Notes under the pieces: model-generated
The model's database searches: none
Told to the model about the DNA's origin: nothing
What the model saw: the letters and a program-made list of their open reading frames with translations, nothing else
Position numbers and translations under genes: made by a program
Assembly (NCBI GenBank): GCA_963669175.1
Contig: OY769902.1
Span: 1,536,001-1,600,000 of the forward strand
Direction: 5' to 3'
DNA length: 64,000 nucleotides
DNA from: a bacterium
GTDB lineage: Bacteria; Electryoneota; Electryoneia; Electryoneales; Electryoneaceae
Shown: in pieces, positions 9,124-17,275 of the stretch
Layout: each line of letters opens with the position of its first letter
Position numbering within the stretch: the first letter of the stretch is position 1

Positions 9124-10140
9124 ATGGCTCAGCAAGCAGCACCAGCCGTAAAGAAGCAAAGCTTCGTGGGATTCCCCAAGGAGTTTAACCACCATTTCAC
9201 GGATTCGTTTGACGCGATCTATTGGACGACGTTTATCGTGAATTTTGTGGTCTTCTTTGGCTTGTTTGGTTATTTGCAGTCGATTCCGCCCAAACCAATG
9301 TCGGCGGAAGACTTGAAGAAGTACATGCAGGCGATTTACCGTGTGGAACAAACCCCCCCGGTAACTCAGACGCAGAGCGCTACTGAAGCTGCGGGCATGG
9401 AAGAACAGGGTGAAGAGGAAGTTACGCCTGATGCGGACGCCCTTCGCGCTGAGAAAGCGGCTCAAGCCCAGGAACGTATGGCAAAAGTCGCCGCAGCCCG
9501 TCAGGCACGGATGGACGCAGCTCGTAACGCTGCTCAGCAACATGCGATTTTCGCGGCAGCCAGTGGCGCTTCACGTCGAGGCGCTGGTGGAGCGCGTGGT
9601 CATGCTGCACGACGTCTGGAAGGTGGCGGCGCCGGTGGTGTAAGTCTGCAGGGTATGCGTGGTGTGGCGACTTCCGGTCGTCAGATCCAGGCAGTGCAGA
9701 CCGCACGTGCTGGTGGCGCGATTACCGAAGGCGCCGGTGGCGCGGCCGGTGGTGAATTGAGTATCGAAGAGATCGAACGTATTCTCGGTACCTCCACCGT
9801 CGAACTGGATGCTCCGCCGGAAATCACTTCTCCAACAGGTGGCGCAGCGTCACGTAGCGGAGAAGAAATTCGTGCCCAGGTACAGCGTGAGTCCAACGTC
9901 CTGAAGGTTTGTTACAACAACCAGAAGCGTCAGGATCCGCGTCTTACCGGTAAGATTACTGTTGAGTACACGATTCGTCCGGATGGTTCTGTGACAGGCG
10001 TGAACTTCAAGAATCAGCAGTGGTCGAACCCCGGCCTTGGCCGTCGTGTTGAGAGCTGTGTAAGGCAGCGCGTGTCCAGATGGAGATTCCCACCGGCATC
10101 CGGTGATACAAGGGCAAGTTTCTCGTTGAACTTCATCTAG
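9124..10140 (+). CDS. TonB/TolA-like energy transducer with AgmX/PglI-type C-terminal domain (GltG-like)
   Basis: Single N-terminal TM, Ala/Gly/Arg-rich linker, C-terminal LKVCYNNQKRQDPRLTGKITVEYTIRPDGSV...VESCV...WRFP domain with a Cys pair. Confidence 0.82.
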   Translation: MAQQAAPAVKKQSFVGFPKEFNHHFTDSFDAIYWTTFIVNFVVFFGLFGYLQSIPPKPMSAEDLKKYMQAIYRVEQTPPVTQTQSATEAAGMEEQGEEEVTPDADALRAEKAAQAQERMAKVAAARQARMDAARNAAQQHAIFAAASGASRRGAGGARGHAARRLEGGGAGGVSLQGMRGVATSGRQIQAVQTARAGGAITEGAGGAAGGELSIEEIERILGTSTVELDAPPEITSPTGGAASRSGEEIRAQVQRESNVLKVCYNNQKRQDPRLTGKITVEYTIRPDGSVTGVNFKNQQWSNPGLGRRVESCVRQRVSRWRFPPASGDTRASFSLNFI

Positions 10141-10162
10141 GCTTTCATCATTTGAGAGTATC

Positions 10163-10196
10163 AGGCCATGGCGCTGGCGTCATGGCCTTTTTCTTT
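10163..10196 (+). terminator. Intrinsic terminator of the motor operon
   Basis: aggccatggcgc/gcgtcatggcct stem followed by T-rich tract. Confidence 0.75.
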
Positions 10197-10242
10197 GTAC
10201 GTTTGCCGACTGTAATCGGTGTTTTACGTTGGAGGAAGTCCT

Positions 10243-12003
10243 GTGTATAGGACACATACATGTGGCCAGTTGAGGGCCGCGAATACAGGTGAATCCGTCG
10301 TTCTGGCGGGGTGGGTAGCGAGACTGCGTGACCTTGGTGGTCTGATATTTGTCGATTTGCGCGATCGATATGGACGTACCCAGGTCGTGTTTGATCCGGC
10401 AGAGGACAGCGAATTGGCTGAAACGGCCAAGCGTTTACGTTCCGAGTGGGTTATCCAGGTGGATGGCGTAGTACGGGAACGTCCGGACAACATGAAGAAC
10501 CGGAAAATGGATACCGGGGAAGTGGAAGTAAGTGCAAAGCGCATTACAACACTTGCGACATGTGAAACTCCTCCCCTCCAGCCGGAAGATGAGTTTAAGC
10601 CCTCTGAGGAGCATCGTCTTCGCTATCGTTTCCTGGATCTTCGCCGTGAAGAAATGCAGCGCATTTTCATCAGCAGGCACCAGTTGTTGCAGGAGACGCG
10701 CAAGTACTTCTCAGACAATGATTTCCTCGAGATAGAGACTCCGTTTCTCACTCGTTCCACTCCTGAAGGTGCGAGGGACTTCATCGTTCCCAGCAGAATG
10801 CACCAGGGACAATGGTACGCGCTTCCTCAGTCGCCGCAAACGTACAAGCAGATCCTGATGACTGCCGGTTTTGACCGGTATTTCCAGATTGTTCGCTGCT
10901 TCCGTGATGAAGATTTTCGGGCCAACCGTCAGCCGGAGTTCACCCAGATTGATGTGGAAATGGCTTTTGTGCACCAGGAAGACATCATGAAGGCTGCCGA
11001 AGGGATGATGAAGGCCCTGTTTGAAAAGGCGCACGAGCAGGAGTTCCCGAAAGTCATTCCACGGATCAGTTACGCGGAAGCCATTCAGCGCTTCGGCAGT
11101 GATAAACCGGATACGCGTTTCGGAAATGAACTCATCGAGTTGACCGGGGAACTGCAGGGACACGGTTTTGGAGTCATCGATAAAATCGCCGCGTCTGGCG
11201 GTGGTGTTGTCGGCTTGCGGGTTCCGGGACGTGGAAAAGCTTCCCGCAAAGACATCAAGGAGCTCGAAGATTACGTGAAGGAGCGTGGCCTTGGTGGTCT
11301 CATGCCGCTCAAGCGTGGTGATGATGGCGCCTGGGGTGGTCCTTTAGGGAAATTTATTCCGGGTGAGCAGCTCGATGTTGTCGCGGCAAAGCTGGGAATG
11401 GAAGAAGGCGACCTCGGTCTGGTCGCAGCAGACGGCACCATGCGCAGGTACGAAGTCATGGGCATGCTCAGGCTGCACCTGGCGAAACGCGAAGGTTGGA
11501 TACCCGAAGGGCGCAACGAGTTTCTTTGGGTCACAGAATTTCCGCTTCTGGAGTGGGATGAAGAAGAGCAACGCTATATCGCATTGCATCATCCTTTCAC
11601 CGCTCCTGATCCGTCAAGTTGGGCGAAATGGAAGGAAGAAGACCCGACAAAGATTCTCAGTCAGGCGTACGACCTCGTCTGGAACGGAGAGGAAGTCGGA
11701 GGCGGGAGTATCAGGAATCATGACCAGGCTATTCAATTAGAACTGTTTAGCTTGCTTGGTTTTGGCCCGGAGGTTGCGCAACAGAGATTCAGTTTCCTGT
11801 TGGAAGCGCTGGAATTTGGGGCGCCGCCTCATGGAGGCATAGCATTCGGATTTGATCGTATGGTTATGTTATTTAATGGAGTAGACTCGATTCGTGACGT
11901 AATCGCGTTCCCCAAGACTACTCAAGCAGTAGCTCTATTTGAGGGTGCGCCTAATGAAGTTGATATCAAACAGTTAGAGGAACTTGGGATAAAAAGATCC
12001 TGA
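10243..12003 (+). CDS. aspS: Aspartate--tRNA ligase
   Basis: GGAGG SD before GTG 10243; YRTHTCGQL, RDLGGLIFVDLRD, TPEGARDF, LPQSPQ, FRDEDFRANRQPEFTQID, GAPPHGGIAFGFDR, IAFPKT. Confidence 0.97.
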   Translation: MYRTHTCGQLRAANTGESVVLAGWVARLRDLGGLIFVDLRDRYGRTQVVFDPAEDSELAETAKRLRSEWVIQVDGVVRERPDNMKNRKMDTGEVEVSAKRITTLATCETPPLQPEDEFKPSEEHRLRYRFLDLRREEMQRIFISRHQLLQETRKYFSDNDFLEIETPFLTRSTPEGARDFIVPSRMHQGQWYALPQSPQTYKQILMTAGFDRYFQIVRCFRDEDFRANRQPEFTQIDVEMAFVHQEDIMKAAEGMMKALFEKAHEQEFPKVIPRISYAEAIQRFGSDKPDTRFGNELIELTGELQGHGFGVIDKIAASGGGVVGLRVPGRGKASRKDIKELEDYVKERGLGGLMPLKRGDDGAWGGPLGKFIPGEQLDVVAAKLGMEEGDLGLVAADGTMRRYEVMGMLRLHLAKREGWIPEGRNEFLWVTEFPLLEWDEEEQRYIALHHPFTAPDPSSWAKWKEEDPTKILSQAYDLVWNGEEVGGGSIRNHDQAIQLELFSLLGFGPEVAQQRFSFLLEALEFGAPPHGGIAFGFDRMVMLFNGVDSIRDVIAFPKTTQAVALFEGAPNEVDIKQLEELGIKRS

Positions 12004-12065
12004 CAGGCCATGAAAGATATCCCAAAAGTACGAAACAGCTCTTTTCCTTGTCAGTGCTGATTCTC

Positions 12066-12097
12066 TTGACTTCTTTCTCAGCCGTTTCGTACTTTTG
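12066..12097 (+). promoter_or_regulatory. Putative housekeeping promoter of the lipoprotein-LysM operon
   Basis: TTGACT-N18-TACTTT(TG); the -10 also fits the Bacteroidetes-type TAnnTTTG element. Confidence 0.5.
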
Positions 12098-12200
12098 GTA
12101 CGGTGAAGCTCCCGCTTGATCAGCGGGCTAAATACGCGACAGATAACGTACCCTTTCAGGGTGATTTAAATTGGTAACCTGCCAAACGGCGAGGACAAAC

Positions 12201-12521
12201 ATGTTAAATACGTTGAAGCGTGCAACCGGGGTAGCACTTGTCAGTGCACTCTTCCTGGTGATGGTACTGGGCACCGGCTGCACCAAGATGGCAACCCAGG
12301 AGCAGTTGGACCAGCTTGAAGCGTTGCGTGATGAAGCGCTTGGCGCTGAAGCTGTCCGGGATAGTCTGCGCCGGGAGAAGGCCGATCTGGAAGCTCAGAT
12401 TGCTCAGAAACAGGCTGAACTTCAGGCAGTGCAGCAGGAAAAGGAAAAGGTCGCACAGCGCTTGAAGGAACGTCAGGCAAAACAAGCCGCTGAAATGCAG
12501 ATGGAAGGAGGTGGCAAATGA
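12201..12521 (+). CDS. Small coiled-coil lipoprotein
   Basis: GAGGA SD; lipobox LGTG-C; remainder heptad-rich E/Q/K/A helix; stop overlaps next start (ATGA). Confidence 0.85.
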   Translation: MLNTLKRATGVALVSALFLVMVLGTGCTKMATQEQLDQLEALRDEALGAEAVRDSLRREKADLEAQIAQKQAELQAVQQEKEKVAQRLKERQAKQAAEMQMEGGGK

Positions 12522-13363
12522 CACGTCACCTGATCATCCGCGTTGCGATTATTTCGCTTGTACTCCTCGGGTTTGGTCTCCAGCCAGTGTTTGCCCAGCG
12601 GGAGATGGAGTACGAGCAGTGGACCAAGGAAATGGAGCGTTGGCAGGGTCGTTTGGACGCAGCAAACGCTGAGATTTTGAAGCTTCAGGGCGAGATTGAT
12701 TCTCTGAAGGCCGTTCTTGCGGACCTGCAGAGCCAGATTGACGCCACGTGGCAAGAGATTTACGACATGCTCGGCATTACACCGGCTAGCATTGCCGCCT
12801 TTGTGAAGGATCTTGAAGCTCTTGAAAAGGATGTGGCAGCATTCGGTCGCCTGAGTGGTGAAGAGATTTACAAGCGTCGTGATGAACTGGATGTACTTGA
12901 TACGCGTTTGGCCGATATGCGTGGTCGTCCGGAAGCGTTGTTGACTGAGTACATGGTTCGCCTTGATGAAGTTGGCGCCCAGCTTGAGAACATCCGCAGA
13001 AGGATGGCGATGCCGCGAAATTTGACCTACACGGTGGTCCGCGGTGATCACCTGTGGAAAATCGCCGGCATGGAACGTCACTATGGCGATCCCATGAAGT
13101 GGATGCGGATTTATTCGGTGAACACCGACCAGATCAAGAACCCGGATTTGATTTATCCGGACCAGGTCTTCACCGTACCGAAGGATATTGACAACAAGAC
13201 TCAGTACCTGGTCTCCAAGGGTGATTACCTGTACGGCATCGCCGAGACCCTGTACCGTGATCCCTTCAAGTGGCGCAAGATCTACGAAGCAAACCAGGTA
13301 TTGATTTCCGATCCGAACATCATTTATCCGGAAATGATCCTGACGTTGCCGGGTGGAAAATAA
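12518..13363 (+). CDS. Exported coiled-coil protein with two LysM peptidoglycan-binding domains
   Basis: Signal peptide ending VFA-Q; YTVVRGDHLWKIA...IKNPDLIYPDQ and YLVSKGDYLYGIA...DPNIIYPEMILTLP. Confidence 0.9.
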   Translation: MTRHLIIRVAIISLVLLGFGLQPVFAQREMEYEQWTKEMERWQGRLDAANAEILKLQGEIDSLKAVLADLQSQIDATWQEIYDMLGITPASIAAFVKDLEALEKDVAAFGRLSGEEIYKRRDELDVLDTRLADMRGRPEALLTEYMVRLDEVGAQLENIRRRMAMPRNLTYTVVRGDHLWKIAGMERHYGDPMKWMRIYSVNTDQIKNPDLIYPDQVFTVPKDIDNKTQYLVSKGDYLYGIAETLYRDPFKWRKIYEANQVLISDPNIIYPEMILTLPGGK

Positions 13364-13419
13364 GTCGCAGTGCGAAGAGAGTAATACTTCGGTTCAACGA
13401 AGTGTTCGATAGAACGTTC

Positions 13420-13464
13420 GGGCGGCCCGATCCTTCCTGAGAGAAGGAGCAGGGCCGCTCTTTT
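13420..13464 (+). terminator. Probable intrinsic terminator after LysM gene
   Basis: gggcggccc...gggccgctc stem with inner tccttc/gaagga pairing, then TTTT. Confidence 0.55.
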
Positions 13465-13479
13465 GAGTTGATAGGAATC

Positions 13480-14451
13480 GTGCAAACACAGTTCAAAATC
13501 CAGGTGAATCCGTCGCTGTTGCCCAATATGCTTGGCAGCAACGATGCTAACTTGCGTCGGCTGACTGCGGTTATTCGCTCCAGGTTAAGCGTGCGTGGCG
13601 ATGTCGTAACCGTGGAAGGGCCTTCTGAGGAAGAGACAACCATCAGGCAGGTATTCCGTGACCTGTCTGAGATGGCGCGCAAGGGTCCGGTTGATGATAC
13701 CGGGCTGAAGGCTATCCTTGCGCTGGCGGGATTCTCGACCAACGGTACGGCTGCGGATGAAGAGGGCGGCGTTCTGATACTCGAAAGCACACGTTCGAAT
13801 ATCAGGACCAGGAGCCGGAACCAGGAAGAGTACGTTCGGGCGGCGATGAAGTCGGACCTGGTGTTTGCCGTGGGGCCGGCAGGAACCGGGAAGACATACC
13901 TGGCTGTTGCGATTGCAGTGCGGGCTTTCCTGGAACGTGAAGTGGACCGGATCATCCTGGTGCGTCCGGCGGTTGAGGCGGGCGAAAGGCTTGGATTTCT
14001 GCCGGGTGACCTGAAAGAAAAGGTGGACCCTTACTTTCGGCCGATCTACGATGCCCTGATGGAAATGATCCCGGCGAACCGGTTGAAACGCCTGGTTGAT
14101 GAGAACAGGATTGAGATAGCGCCGCTGGCTTATATGCGTGGGCGCACATTGTCCAACGCTTTTGTGATTCTTGATGAAGCACAAAATACGACCGGCGATC
14201 AGTTGAAGATGTTCCTTACCCGCCTGGGTATGGGAACAAAAGCAATTGTAACCGGTGATCTGACCCAGATTGATCTCGTGGAAAAAGAGGCCAGCGGGCT
14301 CAAGGAAGCGCTTTATATTCTCCGTAACATACGGGGAGTAGGTTTCGTAACGCTTGACAGTCGTGATGTTGTGAGGCATGCCCTGGTGCGGGATATTATA
14401 CATGCCTATGATTCAGTTTCACAGCATAAGGATGAAAGCGGTACAACGTGA
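13480..14451 (+). CDS. phoH: PhoH-like ATPase (YbeZ/PhoH family)
   Basis: GPAGTGKT Walker A, RPAVEAGERLGFLPGDL, APLAYMRGRTL, DEAQN, TGDLTQID, DVVRH; start GTG 13480 or TTG 13468. Confidence 0.95.
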   Translation: MQTQFKIQVNPSLLPNMLGSNDANLRRLTAVIRSRLSVRGDVVTVEGPSEEETTIRQVFRDLSEMARKGPVDDTGLKAILALAGFSTNGTAADEEGGVLILESTRSNIRTRSRNQEEYVRAAMKSDLVFAVGPAGTGKTYLAVAIAVRAFLEREVDRIILVRPAVEAGERLGFLPGDLKEKVDPYFRPIYDALMEMIPANRLKRLVDENRIEIAPLAYMRGRTLSNAFVILDEAQNTTGDQLKMFLTRLGMGTKAIVTGDLTQIDLVEKEASGLKEALYILRNIRGVGFVTLDSRDVVRHALVRDIIHAYDSVSQHKDESGTT

Positions 14452-16760
14452 GCGATCAAAAACCTGAAAAATGGTTCCGACGTTATTTGTATCCAGGTCT
14501 GCCACTGCTTTTGCTGGTGGTTTTGACTGTGGGCACGGGACTGCTCTTTCCCCGTAAGCAGGGCGCTTTCCGCTTCTCAGAATACTCGGTTGGTTCTGTC
14601 AGCGACAAGGAAATCATCGCGCCCTTCCAGTTTGAAATCCTGAAAAGTGATGATGAACTGGAGGCTGAATACAAGGCTGTTCGTGAAGGTGTTGCACCGA
14701 TCTATATGCGACGGGACAGCCTTGCTCTGAATCAGCTTCAGGCGTTGGAAGAATTCCTGCGACACGCCAAGGCAGCCAGCGATTCAGTTCGTGTGATGGA
14801 TCAGACTGATCCGGTTGAAGTTGACAGTCTTGTCAAGTTGTTTTGGAAAGAAAGCCGCGCTTTTTACCATGGGCCACTCAGTTATACTTCCTGGATTCAA
14901 TTCCTGCAACGGCTGGGTGAACAGTCTGACGGCAAGCGCTCTGTCAGTGTCGCCTTTTTCTCCAACCTGTTGCGTGGATTATATGAACGTGGCGTGCTGG
15001 ACCAATTGCCGGAGGAAGGGGCTTCACCGGAAGATTTGATTCGTGTTGTTCAGGGTGGGCAGGAATCAGAAGCGCCGATCAGCAATTATCTGCTTGAATC
15101 AGAAGCTCGTCGTGATTTGCCGCAGGTTATCCGGCGTGGTCTGGGCGCACGTCCTCCGGCGCAATTGGATTCACTTTCCAGGTTGGGATATGAAGCGCTG
15201 GCTCCCTTCCTGATTGCGAATGTGTATTACGATGCGGAAGAGACAGTTTCACGCAGGGAAGCGGCCGTAGCCAAGGTGCCTATCGCAAAGGGCATCGTGC
15301 TTCGGGATGAACGAATTATCGATTCAAATGAACGCTTTACCCAGGAGCACATTGATATTCTGCGCTCCATGGAGATCAAGCGGGCTGAACTGGCTGCCGA
15401 GGAAGGTGTGTTTACCAACCTTCTGGCATGGGTAGGGCGATTCCTCTTGCCTGCCCTGATCTTTGGTTTGCTCGGGTATTGGATGAGGCGCTTCAGGCAG
15501 GATGTATTTTTTAAACCAAATGCCCTGTTGCTGGTCAGCTTTATGCTGGCTCTTGAGATTGCTTTCTTCGGGCTGGTGATTTTGCCCATGAAGCTGTCGA
15601 TCTATTTATTCCCGGCCGCTTTAGGTGCAATTATTCTTACCGTAGTGTTTGATACAAGCATTGCATTGTTATTCCTGGTTGCGCTGTCCCTTACAATTGG
15701 CGCGCTTACCGGCAATGATTTCTTTGCCATCTTTACAACTTTCTTCCCTGCTGCGTTGTCCGTGTTTGCTGTAATCCGGGTTCGGACCCGGGTGCAGATC
15801 ATGCGGTCATTCATCCTGATTCTCGGTGGCGCCCTGTTTGTTATCCTGGCGGATCGGATGCTGACATTGCAGATGAACATGGGGATGCTGCAGGAATTTG
15901 CTTATGCAACGATCAATGCTTTTGGGTCGCCATTGCTCGCTTTGGGGATGCTGATCGGCATCGAATATGTTTTCCGGGTTACAACGGAATTGACCCTGCT
16001 GGAATTATCCGATTTGAACCGGCCGTTACTCAAGCGTCTTTCCCTGACAGCGCCGGGGACATATCACCACAGCCTGCTGGTTGGCAGCCTGGCAGAGGCG
16101 GCGGCGGAAGCAATCCAGGCAAACCCGCTGCTGGTACGGGCGGGCGCCTATTATCATGATATCGGGAAAATGGTCCGCCGGGAATACTTTGTGGAAAATC
16201 AGCCGGGTTCCTTCAATATTCATTCAACGCTTGACCCTGAAGAATCTGCAAAGTTCCTGCGTCAACATGTTCTGGATGGGTTGCGAATAGCCGACAAATA
16301 TCACCTTCCGGAAGCGGTAAAAGCGTTTGTCAGGGAACATCATGGCACCAGCCTGATGGTCTATTTCTACAACAAGGCGCTTGAAAAACGAAATGGAAAA
16401 GAGATTGACGAGGCGATGTTCCGCTATCCTGGTCCGAAGCCGCAGTCACGTGAAACCGGAATACTGATGATGGCAGATGCCAGTGAAGCGGCAACTCGAA
16501 GCCTGGATGACCCGACTCCTGAACGGATTGAGGAATCTGTACGGAAGATTATTATTAATAAATATATGGACAAGGAACTCGATGAATGTCCCTTGACATT
16601 GCACGAGATTCACAAAATTATCGAAGCTTTTGTGCCGATTCTGGAAGGTATGCATCATCACAGGATCAAATATCCGACTCGCGAAGAGCTGGAAAGCAGG
16701 CACAAGGAACTGGAAGAACAGAAAGCCCTGTCAAAAAAGACTGAAGAGGTGGATGAATGA
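14448..16760 (+). CDS. 7TM-HD (HDIG) phosphohydrolase, PgpH-like cyclic-di-AMP phosphodiesterase
   Basis: Extracytoplasmic domain + multi-TM block + APGTYHHS, YYHDIGK, FVENQ, EHHGT, YPGPKP, ADASEAA; typical phoH-pgpH-ybeY synteny. Confidence 0.9.
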   Translation: MSDQKPEKWFRRYLYPGLPLLLLVVLTVGTGLLFPRKQGAFRFSEYSVGSVSDKEIIAPFQFEILKSDDELEAEYKAVREGVAPIYMRRDSLALNQLQALEEFLRHAKAASDSVRVMDQTDPVEVDSLVKLFWKESRAFYHGPLSYTSWIQFLQRLGEQSDGKRSVSVAFFSNLLRGLYERGVLDQLPEEGASPEDLIRVVQGGQESEAPISNYLLESEARRDLPQVIRRGLGARPPAQLDSLSRLGYEALAPFLIANVYYDAEETVSRREAAVAKVPIAKGIVLRDERIIDSNERFTQEHIDILRSMEIKRAELAAEEGVFTNLLAWVGRFLLPALIFGLLGYWMRRFRQDVFFKPNALLLVSFMLALEIAFFGLVILPMKLSIYLFPAALGAIILTVVFDTSIALLFLVALSLTIGALTGNDFFAIFTTFFPAALSVFAVIRVRTRVQIMRSFILILGGALFVILADRMLTLQMNMGMLQEFAYATINAFGSPLLALGMLIGIEYVFRVTTELTLLELSDLNRPLLKRLSLTAPGTYHHSLLVGSLAEAAAEAIQANPLLVRAGAYYHDIGKMVRREYFVENQPGSFNIHSTLDPEESAKFLRQHVLDGLRIADKYHLPEAVKAFVREHHGTSLMVYFYNKALEKRNGKEIDEAMFRYPGPKPQSRETGILMMADASEAATRSLDDPTPERIEESVRKIIINKYMDKELDECPLTLHEIHKIIEAFVPILEGMHHHRIKYPTREELESRHKELEEQKALSKKTEEVDE

Positions 16761-17275
16761 ACCTGTGGAATGACAATGGCGGATGGAAAATCCGGGGGAA
16801 AGAGTCTTTACTGAACTGGCTGATGGATGAAGCCAGGCGTGAAGAACACCAGATGAACTTTGATTTCATCCTGGTTGATGATGAGCATATACTGGATCTG
16901 AACCGGCAATACCTGGATCACGATTACATAACGGATGTCATTGCCTTTGATTTGCGTGATGAAGGTGAAGAAGAATCGATAGAATTTCCCCTTTCGGAGC
17001 AGGAAGGGTTTGAAGATAGTGCTGGAGAAGTGTACGTTTGTCTTGATCAGGCGGCGAGGCAGGCAGAAGAGTACCACACGACGGTTGCCGAGGAGGTAGG
17101 ACGTTTGCTGTTGCATGGCTTGCTGCATCTGATGGGCTGGGATGATGGTACAGATGAAGAGCGCTCACAGATGCGTACCCGTGAAGATGCAGGATTAAAA
17201 CGCGCTGCGACGGACACGGGATCACTGCCCTGGGCAGTGATAAAATCAGCCGCCCGTAACGGAGGGAAAGAGTAG
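16757..17275 (+). CDS. ybeY: rRNA maturation endoribonuclease YbeY
   Basis: LNRQYLDHDYITDVIAF, GEVYV, HGLLHLMGWDD. Confidence 0.92.
   Translation: MNLWNDNGGWKIRGKESLLNWLMDEARREEHQMNFDFILVDDEHILDLNRQYLDHDYITDVIAFDLRDEGEEESIEFPLSEQEGFEDSAGEVYVCLDQAARQAEEYHTTVAEEVGRLLLHGLLHLMGWDDGTDEERSQMRTREDAGLKRAATDTGSLPWAVIKSAARNGGKE

Noticed and set aside
7231-10140. Canonical Tol-Pal or TonB uptake operon
   Set aside because: No tolB/pal or TonB-dependent receptor adjacent; two ExbD copies, a PglI-type C-terminus and the TPR/CglF-like genes fit Agl-Glt better
12100-12200. Known riboswitch in the lipoprotein leader
   Set aside because: Hairpins are present but I recognise no conserved aptamer motif
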